Positions 40,326 through 54,147 are shown, counted from the first letter of the whole stretch. The stretch: 63,935 nucleotides of DNA, filler included, from Cercozoa sp. M6MM (GCA_040357565.1; 9 parts of 9 records of this genome joined end to end with filler, not necessarily neighbours in it), one strand, 5' to 3'. The notes: generated by a model from the letters alone, not told the origin. Program-made: numbers and translations.

Positions 40326-40600
40326 TATTTTTCTGTTTCAAGGATTGCCAGATCCGCGCGATTGCGGGGACTAGGAATTCAGAGAAAAACTGACCAGCAC
40401 CTGCGCACTACGATCGTAGTTTTCGCTAGTGCCTCTGTCTGCAGCGTATAGTGCAACAGGTCTGGATTCTGCTTGCTCCAAAACGATCGCTCGCCAGCGC
40501 TCTGGCTGACTGATCGTTTTGGATATCCACTGCCTTACCGCTTGTTTTCCTTCGCTGTAAATTATGTTGACCCTAACCCGTCAGTCTGTGGACTGCTCAG

Positions 40601-41372
40601 CGCAAGCGTGGCGGTCGCGCGATCACGGCGTTCTGGCCCGGCAGCAATCTCGCTATCGATGGCTACCTGCCCGACAAGTAGTGCTGTCTTTCTTATTTTA
40701 CCTCTTTCCGTTTACCCTTTACCTCGTTGTTTATCCCCATACCTCTTCCTTCACTTTGCTCTTTACCCGTTTACTCTGCACTCTTTACCCTTTACCCTTT
40801 ACCCCGTTCCCTCAGGTACCTGCGGTATGACGAGTCCTTCCTGGCGGAGCAGCGCATCGAGTGGCTTGTCGAGCAGCTCAAGCACGAAAACTCACAGGAG
40901 GTATCCCATTTACCCCCGAGGTACAGTTTGTACCGTCCATTGTGGACCGGTCATTTTTGATACCGACTCAACTGTGTCCAGTTAGACAAGGCCGGACACA
41001 AGTACGGTCCTGTGAGCGACGAGGTGGACGAGTGCCTGCAGCGCATGGACATGCTGGTCGGACGACTCGTTGAGGCACTTGACTCTGCCTTTGGCGATGA
41101 CTAAACTCATGGTACGCGCAGACCTTTCTGCCCTCCCTGCGAGTGATCGATTACCGATGACTGGTGACCTGGTGTGCGTTTCTCTCCGCCACAGGTCGTG
41201 TCAGACCACGGCATGATGTATGTGCCGAAAGAGAACCGCATTCTGTTGGACGCCATGATCCGGACCTCAAGGCCATCTCCTATGTACTGACCTTGTACCC
41301 CATACCCCTCTTACCCTCCAGCACTTCGGCGAACCTCCCAAGGTGTACACCTTCCAGGACACCGAGATGCAG
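40601..41372 (+). pseudogene. Nucleotide pyrophosphatase/phosphodiesterase (ENPP family) fragment with frameshifts
   Basis: AFWPGS...YLRYD; LDKAGHKYGP...RMDMLVGRL; VVSDHGM. In-frame TAA with a frameshift at ~41102, a probable 1-nt deletion at ~41260, and no N-terminal catalytic exons. Confidence 0.75.
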
Positions 41373-41998
41373 GTACTCTGTCAGTCTCCTGTACACGTGC
41401 TTTATACTCCTGCTCCTTGTTGTAGTGCGACCCTCTGCCGCCGCGTTTCCACTTTGAGTAACTCTGTCCGAGTCACTCATGTCTGTTTTGACTGTTCTGT
41501 GTCTTGGTATCCCGCGTGCTCTGCACAGTACCGGTGTCACCGGGATTTCTCCCAGTACCGATATCGATGCTCTGGCATTCGTGCAACTGTATTAATCATG
41601 GTAATATCCACTAACATGGAAAACACACCCAAACACTCCCCCCCCCCCAAACTAAATTTACATAAATCGCCCAAAAGCACGAAAAGGGGAGATATACCGT
41701 TTTATGTGACTGTAGGGCTTCATTGACACCCAAGAGTTCGAAAGGAGGTAATCTGCGCCCAGTAGACACTTCCTTGAAGTCCGATGCTGAATTCGTTCGA
41801 TGAAGAAAAACACACCAGCACGCTGAGCAATGAGTTTGTACAAGGGAAGCACCGCACAACACGAGAATTGTTTTGTCTCCACTAGGTCAGCCACAGGACT
41901 AGTTTTGTGTTCTCTCTTGCTACTGTTTTATTTATCGCGTCGGAGTCTCGATGTGATGTTTTTCTGCAGTATCCTGTCCGAGCTTAAGTTGACTCTAA

Positions 41999-44469
41999 AT
42001 GGACGAACTGAGCCTCTTATGGCAAGAGATTGACCGAACGCCAGTCGACTGTGTGCCTGGAGAACTGTATGTCAAAGAAACGAATAAAATTACGAACGAA
42101 TACAGTTTTTATTGTTGAATTGCTGAGTGTGCAGGTCCAAGGCTTCAGCTTGCTGCGGCTTCTTGTTGCCGCAGCTGTCGGCGCGTTTGAGACTGCCATC
42201 GAAACGGTTCCTGCCGATCCGATTTAGGCACACTCTGGAACTGATGGAGGAAGTCGATGTCGCACGAGAGGCGTTGGTTGCCCTGCAGCGCCTGCTGGTT
42301 GCTGTCTTGGAGAGACTGAGCACTGACGCAGACTCACTTCTGAAGCACTCGCAAGTCTGCATGACTCTGGAGTCGCTCGTTGCACGGTATCTACTTTACG
42401 CGGTTGCTGTCTCCGTCTGTCTTTCTGACTTGGTTGCACGCCATAGAGTGCTCCGTATACCTCGTCTGCATGTGCGCGTTCTTGCCAAGGGAACGGTTGC
42501 GAAAAAGTAGAGTGCTTTTGTGCGTTTTTGTGTGCTAAAGAATGTAACTTATACCGTTGATTGACACATCCAGAGCTCCCTTCACAAAACAGCACACTCG
42601 GCGCTTGCTGCAGCTGCTGCGTGCACTCGAAGCACCGCAGCTGTGCGACAGTTCCGACGTGTGGGTGCCCTGTCTGATAGAGGGAGGGGGGGGCTCTGAT
42701 ATGGAGGCTCTGATATGGAGGCTCTGACATGGAGGGGGATGTGAGTACATGAGTGGTTGCTACAGGTTGCAGACACCAGACACTTGCGCCAGTTGGTGAC
42801 ACTGCTGCGCGCGGGCGTGACCGCACCGAGCAGTCTGCAGGAGTCGCTGCGAGTTCAGCCACTGAGACGCACACTGCGTCTGCTGTCGCAAGTGCCATCG
42901 TGCGACTGGGTCCTTTCCGTCCGGCACGAGTTGCGACACAACAAGTTCGTTGCCAATCAGGTACGCTGTGTGTATCAACTATCCGCACCATACAAAAAAG
43001 CTGTGTATGGGCACAGAAACTAGTGCAACACAGTCTAGTAGTGAATCAGTTGCGCGAGTTGCACCTGCTGAGTCTGCAGAACATTGCGGTACCGCAGTTT
43101 CGTTTTCCTTCTTTACCCTCTGTTACCCTTGTTTGTCGTAGCACTACAAGTGGCAGTTTGAGATTTCCCTGCACGAAAGTACTAGCAACGAACAGACTGA
43201 CTCTGCCGAGTACGAAGGATCTGTTACCACCGAGCGTGAGACTGTAAGTTTGTTCTTGTCCACTGCAGAGCTTCCTGTCCTACTTGTTTGTTGTGTAGTG
43301 CTGTGCCTACCGACAGCACCTGGATATGAGCACTCAGGACGAGTTGCAGCAACGAGACCGACTGTACGAAGCTGTGCTGTCGCCGCACGTGTCAAACCTG
43401 CTGTATCCTACTAGTAGTAATTTATGGTTGCTAATAGTGTATACTCTATTGTCTGCGACTAGGCACCAACACAATGGCATGGTTTACCGTCAACTGGTGC
43501 TCGAGATTTCCAGAGACTTGTGGCGTCGCACGCATGCCTCTGTGTCTGCTCGGGTAGGCTTCCCATGTGAACACTAGTAGTGTATTCATTCACAGTCGCA
43601 CAGAGCTTTTGCGACTATCGACACAGCGATCGATTTGGCTTCTGTTTCGTGAGTTCAGTGTATTCTTATATAATCCTCCCAGTTTACCTTTAGCCCGTAG
43701 TTGCGACTGCGTGAGGACACTTTGGTCGAAACAGTGGAGAAGACGCTGCTGGCACTGCCGCTGGAGCCGTCGGAGAGCGACTGGAGTCACATGCGAGAGG
43801 CACTGGCGGCACAAAAGACTGTGGTCCACTTGAGGCGACAGCAGTTGCCTGCTGTTCAGCGCGACATCGATCAAACCTCAGTGCTCACGATGGCGGTACC
43901 TTCTGAATTATCCTTAATAACTACCCTTAGTCTACTATATCTTTGCTATCTATCTGGTAGGCACTAGACGTGCTGCGACACCACCGACGACAGCTGCTTC
44001 GCGCAAAGGCCGAATACTCGGCTCAGGACGACGCCGGCGACCGTCACTGCTACGGCTGCTGGCTGCGTGTGACGGGTGCACTGCGGCAGCTCAGTTTCCA
44101 CCTGTACCGTCACGCGAAACTGCTTGCCTTTCGGTACTTTTAAACTAGTATCTCTTCTCCGTATGTAAGTGCATATGTGTGTATGTTTAGAGAGCTCGCG
44201 GTCGGCTTCAGGGCACCGCCGTTCGCAGTCGTTCGATTGCCTTGTTTCTCCAGTTTTAAGTCCTTCAGAGTATCAGTTCTTTTAGTTTGTTTCGCTTTGC
44301 TTGTTGCCCTACTGTACACCTTCTTGGTCACTCCAGAGCAAACTGGCGGATATCGATGCGACAATGATGCCAAAGTGTTTTAACGTTGGCCACATTGTTC
44401 ACTTTCAACCGGCGCTGCGTGCGCTGTAGCTTTCATTTTTTCGTGTCTGACTGACTAGCATTCTGTGGG

Positions 44470-44516
<47 letters not shown>

Positions 44517-44616
44517 NNNNNNNNNNNNNNNNNNNNNNNNNNNNNNNNNNNNNNNNNNNNNNNNNNNNNNNNNNNNNNNNNNNNNNNNNNNNNNNNNNNN
44601 NNNNNNNNNNNNNNNN

Positions 44617-44709
<93 letters not shown>

Positions 44710-45396
44710 CAGACTGCTCTCTCGCGGGTACACCCGGTGTGCCGCAGCACTGCGTGAGACCAACTGCGCTCCCTGGGAAATCTTCCTGGTGCACTACACG
44801 TGTGATACGGCAGCTCTGGAGTCCATCCGCGATGCTGTCGTGGTGTGTGCGGTCACACAGTGCGGCAACAGCAAGCAGTGGACAGCACGAGAGCTGTTCC
44901 ACAACCAGGTATCATTTCTCAAGCCAAACCACTGCATGTCCGACAGTGCCTCTCTACTGTAGATCGAAGAAACCGCGCGGCTGCTGGCCGAGTGGACAAC
45001 TGTGCCCGAGTCGCCATTGTACGCCGGCAATGCCGATGTGATTGGTGTGCTGCTGGAGTGGCTCGTCGGTGTCGACTTCGGGGGTCTGCTTCGTGCGGCT
45101 CAGCACCGACTCGCTTCGTATGGTATGTTTGACAGATGCTGAGATAAACTGAAACACACAAACTGTTTCTGCATTAGTCAATGAGCGCTCCTATTATGGT
45201 TACGCCTACACTCTGGTAAGAACCGTTACAGGGTGCCCATCGATCGATCAGTACCTGAGTGAGTGCACCGTAGCCCTCCTACGAGGATGTGATGTCCACG
45301 CAAGTCTTTGATGTGCACGGCATGCTGCGACGCGCCTTGCGCCGTCAAATGTCCGCCAGTCTGCGCGTTCCCGTTGGTTCAGTCCAATATCGATAA
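41999..45396 (+). CDS. Large multi-exon hypothetical Leu-rich helical protein
   Basis: MDELSLLWQEIDR through ~15 GT-AG-bounded exons, ending PSYEDVMSTQVFDVHGMLRRALRRQM...QYR*. Confidence 0.6.
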
Positions 45397-45569
45397 CTGG
45401 TCGGGACGTGATATCTGGTCGGGACGTACGTATATCTGCTGTACCAGCGGTAGAGGGAGTTTAAGTTACAGGTATTTTAATTGTTACCGCAGCCTTTCAG
45501 AAATTGAGGCTTTGGTAGTGCAAAAGAGTACTATGCCAGGAAAAAGACTAAAGAAACAAATGGAATCGA

Positions 45570-45960
45570 TGTGAAGAAGAATTAAGTCAGTAGACGTCGT
45601 CAGTTTAGATGTAGTTACCCCAAGATAGGGTCGGCAAAGTACAGGAAGTAGACTGGTCGGGAAGGATGAGAGGCCCGGTAGTCAGAAGAAGGAAGGAAGG
45701 AGAAGGAGGGACGTAAAGGAGAAAAAGAAAGGCTCTCTGTGCTGGGAAGACAGCAACAAGGGATTCCGTGAGAGTGCAAGGGCTGGAGCCTGGAGAGGTG
45801 CTTTACCTGGTGAGTAGAGAGCCTTTTCAGGAAAGGAGCAAAATCTTGCTCTTTCGAGGTCAGTCTACCAAACACAGGGTAAGGAGGTTAGCAACACTCT
45901 CGGAGAGGTCAGGGTACCAGACAAACACAATACACCACACTTCTCAAAATGCTCAATGAA
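45570..45960 (-). repeat. Diverged dispersed repeat, copy 1 (homologous to ~49460-49820)
   Basis: 18-nt identity TACCCTGTGTTTGGTAGA (45864-45881 reverse complement = 49544-49561), plus colinear anchors. Confidence 0.6.
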
Positions 45961-46066
45961 TAACTTTCTTCCACGCGGAGCACCAGAGATCTGACTGGCC
46001 GGATGGAAAATGCCGTTTCGTAACATAATTCAGTCGGTCATACTAACGCAGTAAAAATACGCACGT

Positions 46067-46831
46067 CTACGCACGAGCACTGCAGCGGCAGCTCTTTGCG
46101 AAGTCAGGAATCTGCATGACATTCAGTGCAATCAAAAACACCTCCGGCATAGTGCAGTTTGCTGTTTGTTACCTGTGCAACAATCCGCTTGTCGCTGGCA
46201 CTGCCGGATCGAGCACGCTGTTGCAATTCTACGTCTACTCGGGCCTAGCACAATGTCACCAATAATGCTCGTTTGACAGAAGAAAAAGAATGCTTGGGTA
46301 CCCGTACGTCGGCTGCGGTCACCACTTGGAAACTTGGTGCGCTGGCTTCGTTTGGAAGTGTGAAAGCACTCAACTCAAAGTCGGCGGCAACGTCAAGAAA
46401 AATGTCGTCTTCTGTCTCTGCTTCCTGGAAGTCGGCAGGAACGTCTTCATCCTCATCGTCTGAGTCGAATTGCAAACTTGAGCTCTCGTAGCAGTGTGCA
46501 CCCTGGGAGTGCAAAGGAAGGCATGCTTAAACTAAACGGCGAAAGAGACTGTGCGGTCTGCCAAGTAATTTTACCACAGAGTTTCTCCGGGCAAAGTCGC
46601 CCTGATCAGGTTCGCCACACTCGTTCTTGTCGAAGTTCTTCTGCCCTCTGCCACTGTCGCCGCCCACTCCAAAGAAATTGAAGGAACGCCGGTTGTACTC
46701 GCGTCGAGAGGCGGAAATCCACGCTTGTGGCACCTTGCGTGCTGTCGAACAACAACAACAAATTAACAACAACAACAAATTAACAACAAAAATAACACGC
46801 TGTCTAGTTCTGCAAAAAACGCACCACGCAT
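46067..46831 (-). CDS. Small acidic hypothetical protein, 5 exons
   Basis: ATGCGTG|...ARKVPQAW...|GAHCYESSSLQFDSDDEDED...|ARVDVEL...|IPDFAKSCRCSARA*. Confidence 0.5.
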
Positions 46832-47187
46832 CTCGGCCGCCTCGCTGAAGTTTAGAGGCGCTCACACTTCGTGCACCAGCCTGGAACGACTCGTCAGCCT
46901 CAACTCAGTGGCTGCCAATCACTACAATTGTGAACCAGTGATCGTTTCTGATCACTGATCGCGGCCTGTCTAATTTTTGCCCAGCTAACTGCACTGGACA
47001 CACGAGACTAACACTTAGAAGTGCTAAGACTGTACAGTAAAACGGATCGCGTGTGGCTGACGAAAGAATGACATGTTTGAAATAACAAGGTGTGAGTGAC
47101 TATGATTTCAACGACGACGACGTTGTTCGGGCGGCGGCACAGACATCGAGTTGTTCAGACTGAAGACACCAAAATCATAAAGAAAGC

Positions 47188-47243
<56 letters not shown>

Positions 47244-47343
47244 NNNNNNNNNNNNNNNNNNNNNNNNNNNNNNNNNNNNNNNNNNNNTTAATTAATTAAN
47301 NNNNNNNNNNNNNNNNNNNNNNNNNNNNNNNNNNNNNNNNNNN

Positions 47344-47624
47344 TCCCCACCGACGATTTCTCGTACCGCCAGCCGCTCGGCGTCTGCGCCGGCGTGTGTC
47401 CCTTCAACTTCCCGGCCATGATTCCCATGTGGATGTACTCGCTTGCCACGGCGTGTGGCAACACCTACCTGCTCAAGCCGTCCGAGAAGGTATTACAGCC
47501 TCTCTACTCCCTCCAGTGTAGTTACATCTGTCACATACATGTGTGTGTGTATGTGTGTGTGTGTATGTGTGTGTGTGTATGTGTGTGTATGTGTGTATAT
47601 GTGTGTGTGTATATATTTATGATA

Positions 47625-47657
<33 letters not shown>

Positions 47658-49317
47658 TGACAGACGCCGTCGGCATCGGTGGCACTGGTGGACCTCCTGC
47701 ACGAGGCCGGCATGCCCGCCGGTGTTGTCAACATCGTGCACGGTGGTGTCGACACGGTATGCCCCTCCCTCCCTGTGTTCTTGTCCTTGTCCTTCTTACC
47801 TCGTCCTTCCTGTTGGACAGGTGAACTTCCTGTGCGATGCGCCTGAAGTGCGTGCCATCAGCTTCGTCGGCGGCAACGCGGCCGGACAGCACATCCACGC
47901 GCGCGGCACGGCCAACGGCAAGCGCGTGCAGAGCAACATGGGCGCCAAGAACCACGGCGTCATCATGCCGGACGCGCACCCTGAGGTGCCTCCTACCCCT
48001 ATCCCCCTACCCCTACCCCTACCCTACCCTTACCCTTACCCTGCCCCTACCCCTACCCTTACCCTCCCTCCCTTGCCCTACCCTTACCCCTACCTTCTAC
48101 CCCTACCCCTACCATCCGCCCCTACTCCCTATCCTCCCCTTTACCCTGGATGTAGGCCGCCGCCAATGCCCTGGTTGGCGCCGCCTTCGGTGCCGCCGGA
48201 CAGCGCTGCATGGCCCTGTCGGTGGCTGTCCTGGTCGGCGATGCCAAGCACACCATTCCGCCTGTACACATGACCTTACCCTTTAGTGTGTGCATGTGTA
48301 TGTGTGTGCATGTTGGTTTGTAGCTGGTGGCCGAGAAGGCGGCTCAGCTCAAGGTTGCGCCCGGTCATGTTGAGGGTAAACTTACCCCCTCCCCACCTTC
48401 CTATCCCCGACCCTCCTCCCTACCCCTATGATGTACAGGTGCCGATCTGGGTCCGCTCATCGATGGCAACGCCAAGCAGCGCTGCGAGGTACCATCTCTG
48501 CCTTACTGCGGGGGGGGGGGGTAGGTGTATATCTGGTGCAAAAATGGATATGCATATGTGTGTGTATGTGTGTGTGTGCAGAGACTCATCCAGTCGGCCA
48601 TCGATGAGGGCGCCAACGTCGCGCTCGATGGCCGCGGTGTCAAGGTACTGCTTGTTGCAGACCCCCCTCCCCATATATTAGATATATATAGATATAGATA
48701 TAGATATATAGATATATATATATATATATAATTAATACAACTGCAGGTCGACGGTTTCGCCGACGGTAACTTTGTGGCGCCGACCGTCATCACGGATGTC
48801 ACGCCCGACATGCAGTGCTACCGCGAGGAGGTACTCAATCCACCCCCCTCCATTACCCTCCTCTTACCCCCCCCCCCCCCCCCCTGCAGATCTTTGGTCC
48901 GGTGCTGTGCTGCGTCAACGTCGATACACTCGACGAGGCCATTGCCTTCCTCAACTCCAACCCGTGGTACACCCTTCTTCTCCCAGGGCCTGTACTGGTA
49001 GTACAAGGGAGTACAAGGGAACTGTGCCGGTGGACAGGGGCAACGGCGCCGCCATCTTCACGCAGTCGGGTGCCGCCGCGCGCAAGTTCCAGTTCGAGGC
49101 TGACGCCGGCCAGATCGGCATCAACGTGCCGATCCCGGTGCCGCTGCCCTTCTTCTCCTTCACGGGCTCGCGCGGCTCCTTTGTCGGCAGCGACAACTTC
49201 TACGGCCAGGGTGGCGTGCGCTTCTTCACGCAAACCAAGACCATCACGTCCAACTGGAGCGAGAAGGTCGCGCCGCTCTCTACGGCCATGCCCGTGCTCG
49301 GCAGCAAGCACCACTAA
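47344..49317 (+). CDS. ALDH6A1: Methylmalonate-semialdehyde dehydrogenase (CoA-acylating), 5'-truncated
   Basis: [46 protein letters not shown] (catalytic Cys), [12 protein letters not shown]...FYGQGG. Confidence 0.97.
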
Positions 49318-49459
49318 GCGCCGACGCTCGCGTACACGTGTGTTGCTTCCCCGGATACGGGTGCAGTGTTTACTTAGCCACCGCGCGTTGCTTTGTTATG
49401 TCACTGTCAACATCAAACAAAACCTACTCAGCTGACTACTTGCTCCCCGTGGAAGCAAC

Positions 49460-49820
49460 TACCAGTCATGTCAAACAAGAGTTTACGTGTTTTGCTAAGG
49501 TTGAGAGTGGTAACCTAACAATTGAGTGCTGCCTAGCTTGGCATACCCTGTGTTTGGTAGAGTGGCGAGCACCTTGACACTGCTGCAAGAATTGATTGAA
49601 AAAAGGCCCTCTTTCCAATACCAGGTCTCAAGGGATACCGTGCTTGTTGACCCCAAAGCAACTGACTTACTCTATCTTGAGCAGGCAAGAGGGTTTTTCT
49701 TTCTGTTTATCAACGAACAAGCCTCTCAACACTTTCAACTGTAACGACGGCCCTACCTTGGGTAAACGAACACTAAATTAAACGACCTACTTTTCTTTAG
49801 TCGTTGTCTTCACTAAAAGT
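49460..49820 (+). repeat. Diverged dispersed repeat, copy 2
   Basis: See copy 1. CGGCCCTACCTTGGGTAA (49748-49765) aligns with the reverse complement of 45615-45633. Confidence 0.6.
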
Positions 49821-50062
49821 TACAATCTCACAATTGTTAGATAGTTCAGTCGACTAAGAAACCGAGTAGCGTAGCGTAACCCGAGTATTAATCGTATCGT
49901 GATTTAGTTTGGCGTGGATCATATCGTACTTTGGTACTACGCGGCTGTACCATCCCGTCTCAGACGCACGTACAGAAGGTCCTCTGTGTGTCCGCGCGAT
50001 ACTCATCTCATCGCTTTTCAGCGTGCTATCTTTGTTAACGATCAACATGAGAATCCTTCTTT

Positions 50063-50957
50063 TCACTTGCGCTCTGGGTCGTCTGAGTCGATGAGCGCAG
50101 CGCTAGCGACGTCGCAGACAGCGCGCAGCACGCGCAGTGCCAGCACACGAGCCGTGTCCACTCGATCGGGTCGCTCGCTCTCTCGCAGCAGGTCCTACAC
50201 ACCACCACATGAAGAGTACCCCTCGGTAGAGACTCCTTGCAGAGGGACTACCTCAAGTTCCGACTCGACAGCCTGCCGCTTCTCGCGCAGCAACTCTTGA
50301 ACGTCTTCTCGTTGCAGCAGCTGCCAGAGTAAGGGGTGAGAGCGGTTAAAGGGGGTAACAGGGGGTAAAGGAGTAAGGGGTAAAGGGGTAAGGGGTAAAG
50401 GAGTAAGGGAGGTATGAGGAGAGGGGGCAAAGGTACAGCAGCGACAGCAGGACCGTGCTCGGCGTACTGCGACGAGGCAGCGCACACCTCGGCCTGCAGC
50501 ACGTTCAGCGCCGCCTGCATTCGGTCGTCCTGACACACACCCCCAACAGTCACGGGTCCACATCCGCGCGGATCCCAAAACAACCGACACCGAGACCGAC
50601 TGGTACCAGGGGGAAGCAAGGCGAGCCCAAAACCAGCAGGGCGCAACGCCGCGCCAGCGTGCCGCCTGCCTCCACCTACGGGGGGGGGGGGTAAAAGGGG
50701 GAGATGAAGTATAAAGAGGTACCAATCGTTGCGCAGCAGCAGACGTGGCCGTTAAAAAGTTGGGCGTGTCACCGCGCGATCCTGCGTATGAAGGCAGGGG
50801 TACAGAGGGAGGGGATACAGGGGGGGGGGTAAAACACACCGGCAGGCACAGTGTCCATACGCAGCGCCAGCAGACGTTTGCGCAGCGCGTGCAGCACGTC
50901 GCTGCGTCGCCGTGCCAGAGCCGTCTCAAGAGCGCCCAGCTCACACAGATGTCCTTC
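50063..50957 (-). CDS. 3' exons of a hypothetical protein
   Basis: HLCELGALETALARRR...|DDRMQAALNVLQAE...|LLQREDVQELLREK...|DLLRESERP...DDPERK*. Confidence 0.6.
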
Positions 50958-50967
50958 AGGGTAGTCG

Positions 50968-51050
50968 GGTAGGTAGGGAGGTAGGTAGGTAGGTAGGTAG
51001 GTAGGTAGGTAAGGTAGGTAGGTAGGTAGGTAGGTAGGTAGGTAGGTAGG
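50968..51050. repeat. (GGTA)n microsatellite at contig end
   Basis: Visible directly. Confidence 0.9.
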
Positions 51051-51150
51051 NNNNNNNNNNNNNNNNNNNNNNNNNNNNNNNNNNNNNNNNNNNNTTAATT
51101 AATTAANNNNNNNNNNNNNNNNNNNNNNNNNNNNNNNNNNNNNNNNNNNN

Positions 51151-51194
<44 letters not shown>

Positions 51195-51219
51195 CGCGTG
51201 TATATGGGGTAGAAGTCTA

Positions 51220-54147
51220 CCTGGCCATCCATGGCGCTGTCGAGGAGTTCGGGCGCCACGCGCGCGCGCAACTCGAGGTCCGGCGCATCGCGGCCGCGCT
51301 CGGTGTGCGCAGTGTCCTCAACGCGCATGTGGTCGAGTTCCTCCATGAGGTCCATAACGGCGAGTTTCTGCACCGTGTGTCGCATGTCCTTCTTGAGATC
51401 GGCCATGCGAGGCATGCGCTGCAGGTGGCGCTCCACGTCGGCCAGTTCCATCTCGGCACGCAGGTGCTTCACCAGCGACGGGTTGCTCATCAGCGTGCGC
51501 CAGTCGCCATTGATGTGCTGCTCGGGGGGTACATAGGTACATAGGTAGGGTAGCAGGTAAGTAGCTGGGGAGGGAGTACCTTGGGATCAGCCTCGCCCAG
51601 ACTACCGGGACGACCAGCGATCTCCTCGCGCTGCGTAAAGTAGGCGTCCAGGTCCATGGCACACGCCATCACGGTACGTTTCTCGCGGTTCGTGAGCGGT
51701 CGCTTCACATGCTCGCTCTGCACGTAGTCGATCAGCTGCGCACCGTACGCGATCTGATCGATCAGCACATCGGGCGCCATGGCACCGTAGCGCGCCAGGT
51801 CTTCGTCCGTCACGTAGCGCACGAACTCCGCCAGCGAGTCCTGTCGACCCAGGGATAGGGGTAATGGAGGGCAATGAGGGGGGGTCAAGCATACCTCGCC
51901 AAGCTGCGCATCCAGCAGATCCGCCAACTCACGACGACGACGCACCTGTGGATCACGGGATTAATAAGAGCGAGTAGGGGGTGGTAGGGGGGTAAGAACC
52001 TGCAGCAGACGCTCACGCTGCGCCTCGGATCCGAAGAGATCGAGCTGCTGGAAGTCGTCCTGCGTGCTCTGCTGCAGGAGCTCCTGCGTCTGTCGCTCGG
52101 CCTCGGCCAGCACGGCATCGACAGCGCCCTCGGGCAGCGTCTCGAGCTTGCGCATCGCATTGGCCACCTCGTCCACGACACTGCTCATCTGCGACGTGCT
52201 CACCGTCGACAGGTCGGCAGCGGCGTCCTGTCAGCGGGTAAAGGGTGCGTGAGTCAGGGGGTCAAGGGTGTGTGAGTCAGGGGTAAAGGGTGCGTGAGTC
52301 AGGGGGGTAAAGATCAGGGGGGTAAAGGATGCGGAGGGAGCATACCAGACGAGCACGCAGCTCGCGCAGCGGCCGCGTCTGCTGCACCTGCCGCGCCAAG
52401 TCGGCGCTGCCAAAGCCGTAGTCGGCCGAGTCGCCAATGGCCTTGGCGAGACTCTCCGGGTCGTGCACGTCCACAAGCGGCGAAGCACCGTCGCCGGCCT
52501 CGATGATCTTGCGCAGCTTCTGCCGGAAGGCCTCGCGCGCCGCCGGCGACGACTCGAACACGCGCAACGCGTCCATCACCTGGGGGGGGGTAAGAGGTAG
52601 GGTAAACTAGAGTGTGATGGGTACCTGCTGACGCTTGCGCAGCATAGGTCGCAGCGCCTGCTCGCGCTCGAGCGAGACGCGCTTGTCCGCGCGGAAGCGA
52701 GCGGCGCCGTACTTGTCACGCAGCATGCGCTGCGCCGGCTCGCTGAGACCGAGTTCGTCGGCAAGCTGCGTCCACAGCGTGGTCGACGCCTCCACGCCGT
52801 CACTCTCGTCGCTCTCGGCAATCTCACCGGCCCTCTCCAGGAAGGTGACCAGCTTGGCCTGCTCGACACGTGGCAGTGTCTCGAAGTCGTCGCCCAGGCG
52901 CTCCAGCGAGAGCAGCGGCTCGCGCGAGCCGCCCGTCAGGTCGCGTGCACGCTGTGCGCGCAGTTCGCGCTCGCGCAGCATTCGCCGGTGCAGTGCCAGG
53001 GCCTGAGTGCAAGTACACACCGTATGTACACACCGTATGTACATATACATAAGTACATATCCATATACCACATATACATATACCTTTACATATACGTGTA
53101 TGTGCGTAGATCAATGTTACCTGACTTGGACGCACGGTGTCGCCAAATGAAGACTCGCGGCCGCGCTGCAGCTGGAACGTCACGTACTTGGCCATCAGGT
53201 GCGGCGAGTTCGGAATGCCGTGCTTCGAGCCCACCACACCGGGCAGCAACTCGTGCGGCTTCACCTGGCGGGGAGGCGGGGTGAGATAGCAGGGTAGAGG
53301 GGTAGGGCAGGGTGAGGGCAAGGGAAGTACCTGCATGAAGAGCTCCTGACTCGTAGTAGGACGCTCGCGCATGGCCTCGAGGTCGTGCGACGCCATACGA
53401 CGCGCCAGGTAGCCGCCCTTGCTGTCGCTGAGACCGACGTCGATGGCCTCGAGAGCCGACCAGACCGACGTGAGCTGCGACGCGCTGTCCAGGTTGCGCT
53501 GAGCCTCCTCGAGTCGCAGCGCCTCCTCCTCCAGCTCCGACAGCGACTCGTACATCATGCGCATCAGCGTCGACGAGAGGTGCTGCTCGTCCCACTGATG
53601 CTTCAGCGTCGAGTGGCGCGGCACGTGGCCTGCACGTAGGAGGGGAGGGGGGTAGGGGTAAGTGTAACAGGATATGGCAGTGGGTGCAAGTATATAAGGG
53701 TAGAGCATGGGGGTAGGGGTAAGTGTAACAGGATATTGCAGTGGGTGCAAGTATATCAGGGTAGAGCAGGGGGGGGGGGGTACCCGCCAACTCGAGCATC
53801 TCGCGCAGGCGCTCCTTGAGCGTGACGTCGTCGCGCACTTCCGCGCGGAGACGCTCGAGGTTACGCACGGCGTCCTCGCTGGCGCGCAGCAACGGCCGCA
53901 TGGGCCGCATGTCCACCTTGTCCATGGCGGAGAGGACGGACTCGACATCCGCGCGGATGGACGGCGATACGTTGAGGTCGCCGCGTCGGATGGCGTCGCC
54001 GATACGCGTGGCCGGCGACTCCTCCGAGAGGTCGCTGCTGCGCGGTGCCAGCAGTTCGAACAGCGTGAGCATCACCTGCGGGTCATGCGGCGCGTGTCGC
54101 AGCACCTGCAGCAGTCGCTCACGGTGCGGTACCGCGTCGGCACCCTG
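51220..54147 (-). CDS. Internal exons of a large hypothetical helical protein (both ends truncated)
   Basis: GC3-rich ORF blocks (53086-54180, 52607-53071, 52277-52579, 51490-51945, 51095-51490) separated by repeat-filled GT-AG introns. Confidence 0.7.

Noticed and set aside
40901-40911. U12-type intron donor (GTATCCCATTT)
   Set aside because: Deviates from RTATCCTTT, has no U12 branch site, and lies in a pseudogene.
41095-41112. In-frame TAA in the ENPP fragment as stop-codon reassignment
   Set aside because: It comes with a frameshift, and TAA, TAG and TGA terminate MMS19, LSM5 and DCN1 at the expected positions.
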